Numbered from the stretch's first letter, positions 37,849-48,295 are shown. The stretch: DNA of 64,000 nucleotides from a virus (IMGVR_UViG_3300020576_001330:451-64450); one strand, 5' to 3'. Made by a program: numbers and translations. The notes: a model not told the origin generated them from the letters alone.

Positions 37849-38862
37849 TTAAGGTGTTGGAGGAATACATCTGTAAACCCACTTTCTATCAAAGTGAATT
37901 ACAGCTACTACATCAATGTATTGCTTTTGAAAAGCTGTTAACTTGTTATTAAAGTCATTAATAAGTACCTGTTCTACAGCTTTAAATGGATTTGGCTGTG
38001 ATGCATTAGCAATTAATACTCCACCAGAGAAATCATTAGCAGCACCAATACTCTTCTTTTCATCAGAAATAATTAAGGCCACTTTAGCTTTAAATGCTGT
38101 TCCTCTCATGGTACTAACTTGTCTAGCTCCTTTTGCAATTACATCTAATCTACCAGAAGCATTTGCATAATTATACGTGGGATAACCATTTACATAAACG
38201 TGATGTAAAATTCTATCAGAGTTTAGTAATTGATCTCTTGCAGCAATAGTATCTGGTACTCCTGCTAAATTTTTGTACCAACCTTGATAGAAATCATTAT
38301 CAGATGTTGTACCTGCAATAGCTGTTAAATCAGTTAGCCATGATGGAAATGTAACTACATTATTCCACCACTCTAATTCAAGATTATATCTAGTAAACTT
38401 TTTCTTAGGATCTGTTTGTGTATTTTGGAATCTTTTAGTATTTCCTGATACAAATGTATTTTTACTTCCACCAACAGCAGCTCTTACAGTAATACCCGAA
38501 TCAGCACATTGCTTTAAGAATCCTGCCAAAGCAGCATCATTTGAGGGACTTGATACAATTCCATTTAAGTCATAAAAGTAAAATCCAGTAAATCCATACT
38601 TCTTGGCGTATTTTAAAAGCTTAGCTTTTTCAGCAGTATTCTTATAAATACCCTGAGTACTATCTACATATAACCAGCGTTCCCAAGTTGTAATATTCTG
38701 TAAAGGCATAGCCAAAGATTTGGAATATACAGTTGAGTCTTTTGGTAATATATCTGCTTCCTTATTACAACTGAATAAAGAATTGAATACAGATATTAAT
38801 ATCCATACAAGTAAAGCTGTGGCAATAAAACCTAATACACTTTGTTTATTGTGTTTTGTCAT
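37849..38862 (-). CDS. Lipoprotein with glycoside-hydrolase-like TIM-barrel domain
   Basis: Lipobox LFSC followed by NKEAD; LLKYAKKYGFTGFYFYDL and NLELEWWN motifs shared with ORF 41136-44282. Confidence 0.55.
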   Translation of the reverse strand: MTKHNKQSVLGFIATALLVWILISVFNSLFSCNKEADILPKDSTVYSKSLAMPLQNITTWERWLYVDSTQGIYKNTAEKAKLLKYAKKYGFTGFYFYDLNGIVSSPSNDAALAGFLKQCADSGITVRAAVGGSKNTFVSGNTKRFQNTQTDPKKKFTRYNLELEWWNNVVTFPSWLTDLTAIAGTTSDNDFYQGWYKNLAGVPDTIAARDQLLNSDRILHHVYVNGYPTYNYANASGRLDVIAKGARQVSTMRGTAFKAKVALIISDEKKSIGAANDFSGGVLIANASQPNPFKAVEQVLINDFNNKLTAFQKQYIDVVAVIHFDRKWVYRCIPPTP

Positions 38863-38875
38863 AAATTTGTTTTTG

Positions 38876-39136
38876 TTAAATTCCCACTTGTGATCCAGCT
38901 GCTATTGCAGCATCACTAATATCTCCTGCTAATAAAGAGCAAAAGTTTTCTACAATATTTTTTTGTAGATCTGATTGACTAATATTTGGAAATGAGGCTA
39001 AAGTGCCATCATGCATTTCTGTAATAATACTTTCTAAACTTGAAGGAAGTTTTTCTCCAAGTCTTGCAATATTACATTGTTGCCAAGCTTCATAAATAGC
39101 ATTAATAAAAGTCGAGTTACATAGTTTTTGAATCAT
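38876..39136 (-). CDS. Hypothetical protein
   Basis: 86-aa ORF in operon context. Confidence 0.6.
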   Translation of the reverse strand: MIQKLCNSTFINAIYEAWQQCNIARLGEKLPSSLESIITEMHDGTLASFPNISQSDLQKNIVENFCSLLAGDISDAAIAAGSQVGI

Positions 39137-39157
39137 TGTTTGTTTGGTTTTTAAGGG

Positions 39158-40723
39158 TTAATATTTAGAAATTGAATTTATATTATATGTTCCTGTTAAT
39201 GCTGTATTATCAATAAAAGAAACATTGTCTCCTAAGTTAGCAAGTTTGACAGAGGCTAGTCCTCCAATAATTGCAATTATCCCACCAGCATTACTCAGTG
39301 TAATTGCTGTACCGTCATTATTACTGATTGTAAAATTATGATCTAAAACAGTTGCTCCAGGATCTGTAATTGTTGTTGGTGTACCTGTCCCTGAATAGGT
39401 TCGTATAATTCCATATCCAGAAGGAACAAATAAAGAACCGCCAGATACGGCTGAATCAACATCCACAGTTAAATCAAAATCGTTGTATCTGCCAAACCAT
39501 ACTTTTGAATCATAACTTTGTTTTATAACATGCGATTTAGCATTGCTCCAAGAACAACTAACAAGTGAATATGCATTATCTGTATCTGGTATTATTTGGC
39601 TGTTCATTCCAATTGAACAGTTAATTACGCTTATAAATGTACCAGATGCATCACCTAAAACTCCTGTTGATCCTACATCTACTGCTCCCAAAACACTGTA
39701 AGGTACATATATCACAGCGTTTGATTCGCAAGCTAAATCGCTAATGGTATGTCCATTTGTAACACAATGTAATACTGAATTTGATCCAATATAAGAAGAT
39801 GAAATATTTAAATTGTCAAAATTGTTACAGTTTATAGTAACATCTGATTCTAAGATGCTGTTGATTATTGTAATTGTTGGATTTGTTGCCGGTTTATCAA
39901 AATAAGTATTTTTTAAAGTAGAATTTTGCATTTTAACAGGATCGCCCCAATTCAAAATATCTATTGCATTTGATGGACTACCGGAAATTTTAGTAAGGGT
40001 GTTATTAATTGCAGGAACATAGACGCCTATAATTTCCTTCGCTCCATACCAATCCATCGTTACTTCTACATAAAAGGAAGGAGATCCGTTGTTGGCTTTT
40101 CCAAATTGAGATAATATTGGAAATGCTGCACCCTGGAAATATGTTGCTTGAAAAATTGCATCATACAACTGTATTCCTGCTGTTGTTGCTGGAAAATTAG
40201 TAATACGATAAAACTGTCCATCAATTAAATTACCAGCAATCGTTTCACTATTAACATTAGCATAATCTAAATCAAGAACTTTTGGACTTTGTAATTGCTC
40301 TTCTAAAATATTATTAATATTTAAAGAAGAATAATCAACAGCTTTAATACTTAACCAGTAAATGAGGCATACAGGATAGCTGCTGCAATCCCCAGTAAGA
40401 GTATAATTTCCCGAAGCGTCAAATGTGGCAACATCAACTTCTTCAGCCAAAGTGGTTTTTGGGTTTTCCCCTGTTGGGATTCCAGATATTGCATCCTTTG
40501 TTGATACAAGGGCATCAGCACCTTTTGGGAGTTGGTCAAGGAGGATGGTTGCTCCTGTGGGGATTGTAATTGTTCCCGTTTGACTATTAATTTCTGTAAA
40601 ATAGGCGATCTTGTACTCATTGTTTTCTAAATTTGCAACTCTGCCAGGAATAGTAGGATCACCACCACCTGAAGATCTACTCCCCTTGGCAAATATTTTT
40701 TTCCTTACTGTTCCTTTTGACAT
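39158..40723 (-). CDS. Tail fibre/spike-like protein with beta-helix-like repeats
   Basis: Ser/Asn/Ile-rich quasi-repeats (e.g. SSYIGSNSVL, NCSIGMNSQI); located in the fibre cluster. Confidence 0.55.
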   Translation of the reverse strand: MSKGTVRKKIFAKGSRSSGGGDPTIPGRVANLENNEYKIAYFTEINSQTGTITIPTGATILLDQLPKGADALVSTKDAISGIPTGENPKTTLAEEVDVATFDASGNYTLTGDCSSYPVCLIYWLSIKAVDYSSLNINNILEEQLQSPKVLDLDYANVNSETIAGNLIDGQFYRITNFPATTAGIQLYDAIFQATYFQGAAFPILSQFGKANNGSPSFYVEVTMDWYGAKEIIGVYVPAINNTLTKISGSPSNAIDILNWGDPVKMQNSTLKNTYFDKPATNPTITIINSILESDVTINCNNFDNLNISSSYIGSNSVLHCVTNGHTISDLACESNAVIYVPYSVLGAVDVGSTGVLGDASGTFISVINCSIGMNSQIIPDTDNAYSLVSCSWSNAKSHVIKQSYDSKVWFGRYNDFDLTVDVDSAVSGGSLFVPSGYGIIRTYSGTGTPTTITDPGATVLDHNFTISNNDGTAITLSNAGGIIAIIGGLASVKLANLGDNVSFIDNTALTGTYNINSISKY

Positions 40724-41109
40724 TACATGAAGTATTGAACTTTCAGATATTTTGTACTTGCAGCATCAACTGCAATAGCTCTAAAAGCATTTAAGTTTGT
40801 ATGATTTAAGATTTCTATTGTATCAAATTCTCCTACTGGTACTCCAGCAGATGAACCACCAGCTGAACCTGTAACAGGAGTAGTACCATCTACTGTATAT
40901 CTAATAGCAGCATTTGCATTACTACTACTAATAGCCTCTACAGTAATTTCTGCACTCATTGCATTTGCTGGTACTGTAAGTCTAACTACAGCAGAATTGG
41001 TTACGGATACTGTTTGATACCCTACACAAATTCTACCATTGTTTCCTTCAGCTAATAGATTTCTAATTGATTTTAAGAGGTCTTCTCTTGTATTGTGCTC
41101 TAAACTCAT
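40723..41109 (-). CDS. Small beta-rich virion-associated protein
   Basis: IRYTVDGTTP motif; 128 aa within the fibre cluster. Confidence 0.5.
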   Translation of the reverse strand: MSLEHNTREDLLKSIRNLLAEGNNGRICVGYQTVSVTNSAVVRLTVPANAMSAEITVEAISSSNANAAIRYTVDGTTPVTGSAGGSSAGVPVGEFDTIEILNHTNLNAFRAIAVDAASTKYLKVQYFM

Positions 41110-41135
41110 TATAGTTTATGTTTTTATTAATGTTA

Positions 41136-44100
41136 TTATTCTAATGATTCTATTGTTCCCGTATCAGGATTATAATCTACAGGTACTTTAAATTCTGCTT
41201 CTTCTTCACAACAATCACATCCACAGATTCTTGTTACTTGTTCAAGTAAAGTTTGAATATCTTGACATGTTAAGCAAATCTCATCTCCAGGTGTAATACA
41301 AGTTAAAGCATCAATCACAAGAGTTAAGAATTTTAAATCATCTTGTAATCTTTTTGCCATATCTACTTTACCTGAAGTAGAATATGATAAGTACTTTTTA
41401 GCCAATACACTTGAGCAACATTGTGCTTTTAATAAAGCTACTTTAAATTCAGTTAATGAAAATTCAGCACAGTCGTTGTAAATTGAAAATGAATATGTAT
41501 TAGTACATCCATTATCATCTGTAATTGTTACTGTATATGTCCCTGCGTCTAAATCAGCAATGTCTGAGGTAATAGCTCCTGTACTCCATAAGTAACTATA
41601 AGGTGCAGTACCTCCTGTAATATCTACAAGGGTAATACTTCCTTTTGTGTTACTTGAAGGTATAATTTGAGTAACTGAATAAATTGCAGTTATCTGAGCT
41701 GGATAAGTTAAAGTAGTAGATTGTGATACTGAACAGTTATTTCCATCAGTAACAGTACAACTATAAGTACCAGCTCCAACTCCAGTTAATGTACTCGATG
41801 CTCCTGTTTCAGAGAATCCTGTACTCCAAGTAAATAAATATGGAGCTCCTGTACCACCTTCTGCACCTGCTAAGATTGAACCATCTAACCCACCATAACA
41901 AGCAGGATTAGTAGGACTTAAAGACATTGAAATTGCTTCAGTATTGTTAATTGAATCAGATATTGTGTTAGATACACATCCTTTAGAATCTACAACAGTA
42001 ATAGTATAACTTAAACTTCCTGTTACTAATGGAGACCAGGGGATATTTGAAAATGTACGACTTGTACTATTTCCTATATAAGTTAAAGTTGTAAATCCAC
42101 CAATTCCATTATCCACATTTAATGTATAAGTATAAGGAGCTGTACTTGGTGTAGTAATATTTACAGTTATTCCAGCATCTTGACCTCCATTACAAGTAGG
42201 ACTTGTTGATGTTGCTGTAATTACAGGAGAAGAACTTGCTGATAAAGTATAATTATTACTTAAGAAACATCCTGATGTAGGAGATCCTGAATATACTTCA
42301 ACTGTATAAGAACCACTTGGTAATCCTGTAAATACGTGAGGTACTGCAAAAATAGTAGTACCACTATCAATACTACAAGTATATACTGAGCTTGGGCCGC
42401 CTGAAGCAGCTGAAACATTTATACTTCCACCAGCTCCAGTACAATTTGCATTTACTGCATCTACTGTAGCACTTAATATTGTAGGCTCAGTAACAGTTAA
42501 TGTTGGTGTAGTATAAGGAGTTCCAAGAGCTGAGTCATTTAAAGTACATCTATAATCTCCTGGACATAGTGATGTAATTTGATCTGTTCCAGCTCCAGCT
42601 CCTACAAATGGAATCCATGATGCTGTACCAGTATCATATATCTCCCAATCAAATGTATAAGGTTGTGTTCCACCACTTGGATTAACTGTAATCATACCAT
42701 CACAAAATCCGTTACAGCTACAATTAAGTATGCTATAACTCATAAATAATGGATCAGCTGTTGGTGGAGGATCAGTTATTAGTGGCCTAATTAATTCCTG
42801 ATCAAATATTAGTATAGTTGTCCAGTTAGCATGAGAATCCTGAGTTGGAGTGATGTCTCCATCAGCTACAGCTTTATTATAAGTCTTTCCAGTTTCAGGT
42901 GATGGATTAGAGCATGTTGGGCCTATTGTATAAGTTAAAGTATAATCCCAGCAATCCTGAATACTTCTTGGATCATATACTCCAGTATTTGGAGCTGATA
43001 TTGTTCCAGGAGGACAACAAGCACCACCACAATAGTTTCTATTTGTAGTTTGTGTTGTAGGATTAATTAAAGGCCAGAATACTTGACTTTCACTTACATT
43101 AGCAGCTAATGTTCTACCCTCTAAAAAATATCCGCTATAAGCACTTCCAGTATCATCACAGCCACTTGCATTTGCAGTTGGCGACTCAGCTGAAATAATA
43201 ATCCCAAGTTCTCTTGTACCAGTTACGTTATTTAAAATGTCTGCTACTACTCTTGAATAAGATCCTGTAGGATCATTCGCATAGTTACCATTGCAATAGT
43301 TCCAGTTAGGTGTTCTCCAATATACAGCAATACAAATTCTATCTATAATTGGATCAATACCTCCATCTGCATATAATCTTGCAAGTTGCCGAATACCGCC
43401 AGCATAGTTGGGGAACCCTACATATACCTCAGTTGTTAATCCAGTTGTATCATTAGCATTTAAGAAATTTCTACATGCTTTTACACGGTATAAAAATGTT
43501 TCGTAATCTACTACTGCAAGTGATAAATTGATTTGTTTATATTGTCTGCAACCTAGTGCTGCCACTGGTAAACTTCTATCAAAAGCAACTCTTGTTAAGT
43601 TTGATCCTGTATAAGTTACTCCTATGATTTGACGATAATAATCAGTACCATTAATATTAATTTTGATAAAATCATCAAGTCCTACTCCTGTAATATTTGT
43701 TGCAGATGTTTGTCCAGTACAATCCACTGGTGGAACACCGTCCCAACCAATAGCTAAAGTTGTATTACATGTAACAGGTTCTGGATTTAACGCAGCAGTA
43801 TATGGGAATCTCCAGAATTCAGTTTCATAGTTAATAACACTAAACTGCTCATTAGGGGCAACAGAGTTATTATACTCTACAATTTTTCTAACCTGGGAAG
43901 TACCATCAAATCTAGTTGTTAAATAGTTAGGCTTAAATACATCACAAATAGCACCAACTTTAATTCCAAATGCGCTGAATCTTGCAATAATGTTTTGAAG
44001 AATAGCTTTTCCATTAGCATTAAATGATTCCATAGCTGCCCCAGCACTTCCATTAGAATCAATGAAGGTAGGAGCTGAAGCTAAACCATACAATATAGCA

Positions 44101-44282
44101 TAGTTGTAACCTCTTGATGACATATAAATAATAAGATCATCTATTTTATTACCAGATCCATTTGGATAAGCCCCATAACCATCTGCGCCTAACAAATGCG
44201 TATATGGACTATTATCCGTAGTGCTGGTACTAAAACTATTTATGTATAATCCTACAGTAGTAGGACTTCCAGCTGCTGCCAT
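41136..44282 (-). CDS. Tail-associated protein: N-terminal GH-like barrel, SprB-type repeats, Cys-rich C-terminus
   Basis: NYETEFWR barrel motif; repeats GGTQPYTFDW, GGTGAPYLFTWSTG, GGTAPYSYLWSTG...AGTYTVTITDDNGC; C-terminal CLTC...ICGCDCC. Confidence 0.7.
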   Translation of the reverse strand: MAAAGSPTTVGLYINSFSTSTTDNSPYTHLLGADGYGAYPNGSGNKIDDLIIYMSSRGYNYAILYGLASAPTFIDSNGSAGAAMESFNANGKAILQNIIARFSAFGIKVGAICDVFKPNYLTTRFDGTSQVRKIVEYNNSVAPNEQFSVINYETEFWRFPYTAALNPEPVTCNTTLAIGWDGVPPVDCTGQTSATNITGVGLDDFIKININGTDYYRQIIGVTYTGSNLTRVAFDRSLPVAALGCRQYKQINLSLAVVDYETFLYRVKACRNFLNANDTTGLTTEVYVGFPNYAGGIRQLARLYADGGIDPIIDRICIAVYWRTPNWNYCNGNYANDPTGSYSRVVADILNNVTGTRELGIIISAESPTANASGCDDTGSAYSGYFLEGRTLAANVSESQVFWPLINPTTQTTNRNYCGGACCPPGTISAPNTGVYDPRSIQDCWDYTLTYTIGPTCSNPSPETGKTYNKAVADGDITPTQDSHANWTTILIFDQELIRPLITDPPPTADPLFMSYSILNCSCNGFCDGMITVNPSGGTQPYTFDWEIYDTGTASWIPFVGAGAGTDQITSLCPGDYRCTLNDSALGTPYTTPTLTVTEPTILSATVDAVNANCTGAGGSINVSAASGGPSSVYTCSIDSGTTIFAVPHVFTGLPSGSYTVEVYSGSPTSGCFLSNNYTLSASSSPVITATSTSPTCNGGQDAGITVNITTPSTAPYTYTLNVDNGIGGFTTLTYIGNSTSRTFSNIPWSPLVTGSLSYTITVVDSKGCVSNTISDSINNTEAISMSLSPTNPACYGGLDGSILAGAEGGTGAPYLFTWSTGFSETGASSTLTGVGAGTYSCTVTDGNNCSVSQSTTLTYPAQITAIYSVTQIIPSSNTKGSITLVDITGGTAPYSYLWSTGAITSDIADLDAGTYTVTITDDNGCTNTYSFSIYNDCAEFSLTEFKVALLKAQCCSSVLAKKYLSYSTSGKVDMAKRLQDDLKFLTLVIDALTCITPGDEICLTCQDIQTLLEQVTRICGCDCCEEEAEFKVPVDYNPDTGTIESLE

Positions 44283-44292
44283 AATTATTTAA

Positions 44293-46239
44293 TTAAAACC
44301 AACCTAATTGAGTAATTTCTACTTTACTATTCCATCTTACAACATCAGGTGCTTCAGAAGTACTATCACAAGTAAAGTGAAGAATATTTCTTGTTCCCGC
44401 TGAATCTACATAAATTGCTAATTCAACAGCTGCTGCTCCATAATCTTCATATAAAGCATCTGAAGTAGTTAATATAACTCCGTCAGCAGCGTGACCTGGA
44501 GGGTTTGGAGGAGCTGTTATTGCTGCTACGTTATTATATGTTGGTACTCCACTAGGAGGAATAATATAAATTTTATCTAAAATTGTAATAATTCCACCAA
44601 CGCATTTTGCAGTAAAATGCACATCCCAGATACAAGTTTTAGAAGAAGTTATATTGTAAGAGATAACTTCTGCCTTTACCTTCCAAATAGAATTTGACGG
44701 CATTACTAATTGACTATTATACAAACCAAATCCTTGTAACCAAGTTGATAAATCTCTCGCTTTATAAGTGTTATTTGTAAAAGTTGCCGCATTTGCAATG
44801 ATAATTTGATTATCTCCTTTTGTTGCAAATTTACCTCCTGCAAGAGTTAACGTAATTGGAAATTGAATTTTTCCTTCTTCTCCTGTAATTAACGTATTAT
44901 TTGCATATGTTCCAAGATTGTGAGAATTGCCAAAAGCAGCTACGTTTGTTTGAGCTACTCCCCCCGCTTGTGTTATAGCAGAAGCATCGTGTGCTGTTCC
45001 TGCTAATAAAGAATTTTCAAGTGCTGTATTACTAGTATGACCTTCACCAAGAGCTACGTTATCTTGACCATTTAATATGTGTCCTCCTCCAAATGCTACA
45101 CATCTAGTCCCTGGTACAGAATTTCCATCTCCAAATGCTGCTGAGTCATTTCCAGCTACAGAATTATTATTATTAAAAGCAATAGCTCTGTCCCCAACAG
45201 CTGATCCTACTCCTGATGTATTTTGAACATAGCAATCTAGTCCATTACCTGGTTTAAATGCTCTTGGATAACCATGCCAAATAAACCAATTTACATAACT
45301 TGGAGTAGTACTAGTAATGTCACCAGTACAATATAATACATCATTATTAAATACACGAAATTCATTTACACCATCAGTTACGATACCATTAGATATAAAT
45401 CTATAAGCTGAACCTTGCGTAATAGTACCTCCTGAAGCTGGAACTGGAAAATATATTTTACCTGCTGCAAAGCATGTTGCAGATGCCCCAACACAAGCTG
45501 CTGGACTTAATGTTCCGATAATAAATGCCCCAGCTGGCCCAGCTGCTCCTTGACTTCCTTTATCACCAACAACACTAATACTTACAAGTACATCACTACC
45601 ATTTGTTAATGGAGCTGTACTACCTCCTAAGTACGTTAAACTTGTTAATGTTCTAAATGTACCTGGATCTGAACCACCACCAATTGAATATACTACATAT
45701 TTAGTACTGTCAGTTTTATCAGTAATTTTAATTAGTGATTTTGTTCCAACGTTAGTGCTGGAATAAAACAAACTTAATACATTACTTAAATCAATTGCAT
45801 TAGTATCAAATTCTGAAATTGCCATTGAAGTTGTAGCTGCATTAGTAGCTCCAGCTAAAGACAAGAATCCTGAAGTAGGATTTGAAGCACTTGATAAACC
45901 ATATCCTAAGAACTTGTATTCAAAGGAAACTCCTCCAAATATACCATCAGTTCCATCTGTGCCATTAGTTCCATTAGTTCCATTAGAACCTACTACTCTA
46001 TCCCAAGTAGTAAAGTCTGATGCAGCTGGAGTAAGTGGTGTAGTACTTTGAATAATACTAATCCAGAATTTTCCATTTGTTGTACCAGGATCATCTAAAG
46101 CTGCTGGGTAAGTAAAGTTTGCTCCAGAAGAACTAGATGCTGATGCAATATATACATAGGCAGATTGTCCATCATTTCCAGGTTGGTTTGGTTGTCCTAA
46201 TGGAGGAAGCATTAAATTGTCATTACAATCAATACACAT
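44293..46239 (-). CDS. Tail fibre protein with collagen-like and YadA-head-like repeats
   Basis: MCIDC N-terminus, GTNGTNGTDGTDG, GDKGSQGAAGPAG, SAAFGDGN/VALGEGH beta-roll repeats. Confidence 0.7.
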   Translation of the reverse strand: MCIDCNDNLMLPPLGQPNQPGNDGQSAYVYIASASSSSGANFTYPAALDDPGTTNGKFWISIIQSTTPLTPAASDFTTWDRVVGSNGTNGTNGTDGTDGIFGGVSFEYKFLGYGLSSASNPTSGFLSLAGATNAATTSMAISEFDTNAIDLSNVLSLFYSSTNVGTKSLIKITDKTDSTKYVVYSIGGGSDPGTFRTLTSLTYLGGSTAPLTNGSDVLVSISVVGDKGSQGAAGPAGAFIIGTLSPAACVGASATCFAAGKIYFPVPASGGTITQGSAYRFISNGIVTDGVNEFRVFNNDVLYCTGDITSTTPSYVNWFIWHGYPRAFKPGNGLDCYVQNTSGVGSAVGDRAIAFNNNNSVAGNDSAAFGDGNSVPGTRCVAFGGGHILNGQDNVALGEGHTSNTALENSLLAGTAHDASAITQAGGVAQTNVAAFGNSHNLGTYANNTLITGEEGKIQFPITLTLAGGKFATKGDNQIIIANAATFTNNTYKARDLSTWLQGFGLYNSQLVMPSNSIWKVKAEVISYNITSSKTCIWDVHFTAKCVGGIITILDKIYIIPPSGVPTYNNVAAITAPPNPPGHAADGVILTTSDALYEDYGAAAVELAIYVDSAGTRNILHFTCDSTSEAPDVVRWNSKVEITQLGWF

Positions 46240-46249
46240 GTTGTTATTT

Positions 46250-46864
46250 TTAACAAGCGTCGCAACGCTTAATGTTACAATAGTTTAATAAATCATTTAA
46301 TATTTTTTGTGCTCCTGCAAGATCACCACATGCAGCTGCATACTTTGCTTTATGTCTTAACATATAAGCATTGTAAAGATCATCAATCTTTTTACTCTTT
46401 TGCTCCTTTGTACAAGTAGCACAGATTTGAATGTCTTTTAATTTTTTATCCAAACAACAACAGACGTTATGATCTGATACTACATCACATTGAGATGTGT
46501 ACAGTCTTCCATTTGTTACGTCTGTAATAGTGTATTTAAAGTGATATACACCATCTTCTATAGTTGTGAGTCCTAATGCTGCTGCTGTTACTTCGTAAGT
46601 AATAGCTCCTGTTACACCAATATTAGCTATGATAAAGTCAGCTCCTGGGATAGTTATACTTGTTACAGTACCATCTGGAGTAGTTACATCAAGATAAAGT
46701 TTAGTAGTATCTACTGAACTTGCAGGAAAACCTGTTGGTGAACCACTTGTATCATATCCAAACGGATTTGATACGGGGTTAAATAAAGGAGTTATATCTC
46801 CGAAGAAAAAGCTAGTACCATCAGATTTTAAAGTAACAGAAGTTTGTAATCTAAGTGTAGCCAT
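46250..46864 (-). CDS. Tail hub-like protein
   Basis: Beta-rich N-terminus with DGVYHFKY; Cys-rich helical C-terminus; position after the capsid genes. Confidence 0.5.
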   Translation of the reverse strand: MATLRLQTSVTLKSDGTSFFFGDITPLFNPVSNPFGYDTSGSPTGFPASSVDTTKLYLDVTTPDGTVTSITIPGADFIIANIGVTGAITYEVTAAALGLTTIEDGVYHFKYTITDVTNGRLYTSQCDVVSDHNVCCCLDKKLKDIQICATCTKEQKSKKIDDLYNAYMLRHKAKYAAACGDLAGAQKILNDLLNYCNIKRCDAC

Positions 46865-46876
46865 TTTTCTTTAAGT

Positions 46877-46913
46877 AAAAAGGGCAGACAGTGATTTTAC
46901 ACCATCTGCCCTT
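46877..46913 (-). terminator. Intrinsic terminator after the capsid operon
   Basis: Minus strand AAGGGCAGATGGTG-TAAAAT-CACTGTCTGCCCTT, 14-bp stem with 2 G.U pairs, then T-run. Confidence 0.85.
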
Positions 46914-46954
46914 GTATTTATAATCGGTAAAAGTAAAAAATACTGGTTATCAGA

Positions 46955-48295
46955 TTATACTGATTGAGAAGACATACCAGCAGATACCATCCACTCATTC
47001 AACTGATCTAAAAGACGTGTACTATTTTTAGCACCGTCAGTTGAATCTGGAGTAAATATAAACAGTTGTTCTTGCATTGGAACTACACCAGAGATAGGAG
47101 ACTTTTTACTTCTGTCAGCCCACTCAATTACAATTGCATCATACAACGGAATTGAACCATCTGTAGGAGTAACTTGTCTTCCAGTAGGCAAAGGAACAAT
47201 TGTTCTGTTCAATGCACCTTCATTTCCAGCTGCAAAGCTTTCCATTTCTGCTACGTGACGATAATCTCCAAAACCTAAAGCTGCTTGTGTAGGAGTTGCT
47301 ACAGCAGTTGTACCAAAGCCTTTCAATTCAATACGGAAAGATACTCTTTTGTATTTGAAGAAATCTTTAGTCCAGGTCAAAGGAAGACCTGTGAATTTCA
47401 ATCCATAGTTAGTAGCAGTTGCTACAACACCGCCAGCTTGAGAAGCTGTTGCAATAGCAAGAGCAGCATTAGATGTTCCTTGGAAGTAAGTATGAATTCT
47501 GAATTGAGTAGAACTCAAAGTACTATCAGTACTTGGAATACCTACTACAATATAAACTGGAACTCCTACTCCTCTACCACCACCAGCTGTACCAAGACGG
47601 ATAATTGCTCCAATGGCTTGTACAGAAGAATCTGCTGCATCAAGTGTTACAATATCACTACCGTTTACAACAGCAGCAGTTGTTGCTGATCCACTTGGGT
47701 CAGCTGCTGTACCATCACACAATACTTCACATTTAATTTGAGCACCTGTACCTGCCAATGTTTGTTTAAACATATCCTGGTTAATGTCAAATGACAATTG
47801 TTTTGCAATTGATTGCTGTGTAGCTGCTGTGCTGTAATAATCGTAAGCTTTACGATATTGTTGTTTAGACCACATCATGTCATCCCAAAGACCTACATAG
47901 GTCAGGATGAAATCTGTTCCTGAGTTATCAATAGATCCAGTTGATCCATTATAACCTACAGTTGTTACTTGTTCTGCACCTGCTGAACCATCTTTTCCTC
48001 TAAATGCTGTAACATCAGTTCCAACAATTGTAGGTGAAAAATTAAGCAAGTTTCCAACACGCTGAACCAAACGGATGCTTGGATAGTTAGCAATAGTATT
48101 GGTACTAGATGCCGGTAAAATAACTTCACCAGATGCACCCATACCAAGTGCTACGATTGATCCATCTTCAAGATATGTAGAGGACGCTGTTGGGTCTGTA
48201 ATTTGTAAGCTAGAGACTGCAATAGCAGATCCACCTGCTGCAATTTCTTTTCCAACCATTACATTCATTACGTTTTTTTGTGTCTGTACTGACAT
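46955..48295 (-). CDS. Auxiliary capsid protein-like structural protein
   Basis: 446 aa, beta-rich, downstream of MCP and before a terminator; role assigned from crAss-like synteny. Confidence 0.55.
   Translation of the reverse strand: MSVQTQKNVMNVMVGKEIAAGGSAIAVSSLQITDPTASSTYLEDGSIVALGMGASGEVILPASSTNTIANYPSIRLVQRVGNLLNFSPTIVGTDVTAFRGKDGSAGAEQVTTVGYNGSTGSIDNSGTDFILTYVGLWDDMMWSKQQYRKAYDYYSTAATQQSIAKQLSFDINQDMFKQTLAGTGAQIKCEVLCDGTAADPSGSATTAAVVNGSDIVTLDAADSSVQAIGAIIRLGTAGGGRGVGVPVYIVVGIPSTDSTLSSTQFRIHTYFQGTSNAALAIATASQAGGVVATATNYGLKFTGLPLTWTKDFFKYKRVSFRIELKGFGTTAVATPTQAALGFGDYRHVAEMESFAAGNEGALNRTIVPLPTGRQVTPTDGSIPLYDAIVIEWADRSKKSPISGVVPMQEQLFIFTPDSTDGAKNSTRLLDQLNEWMVSAGMSSQSV

Noticed and set aside
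45950-45990. 9-nt tandem repeat (CCATTAGTT)
   Set aside because: Explained by the collagen-like GTN coding repeats; not a CRISPR array or regulatory repeat
37849-46239. Diversity-generating retroelement or invertible receptor-binding cassette
   Set aside because: No reverse transcriptase, recombinase, template/variable repeat pair or flanking inverted repeats seen in this window
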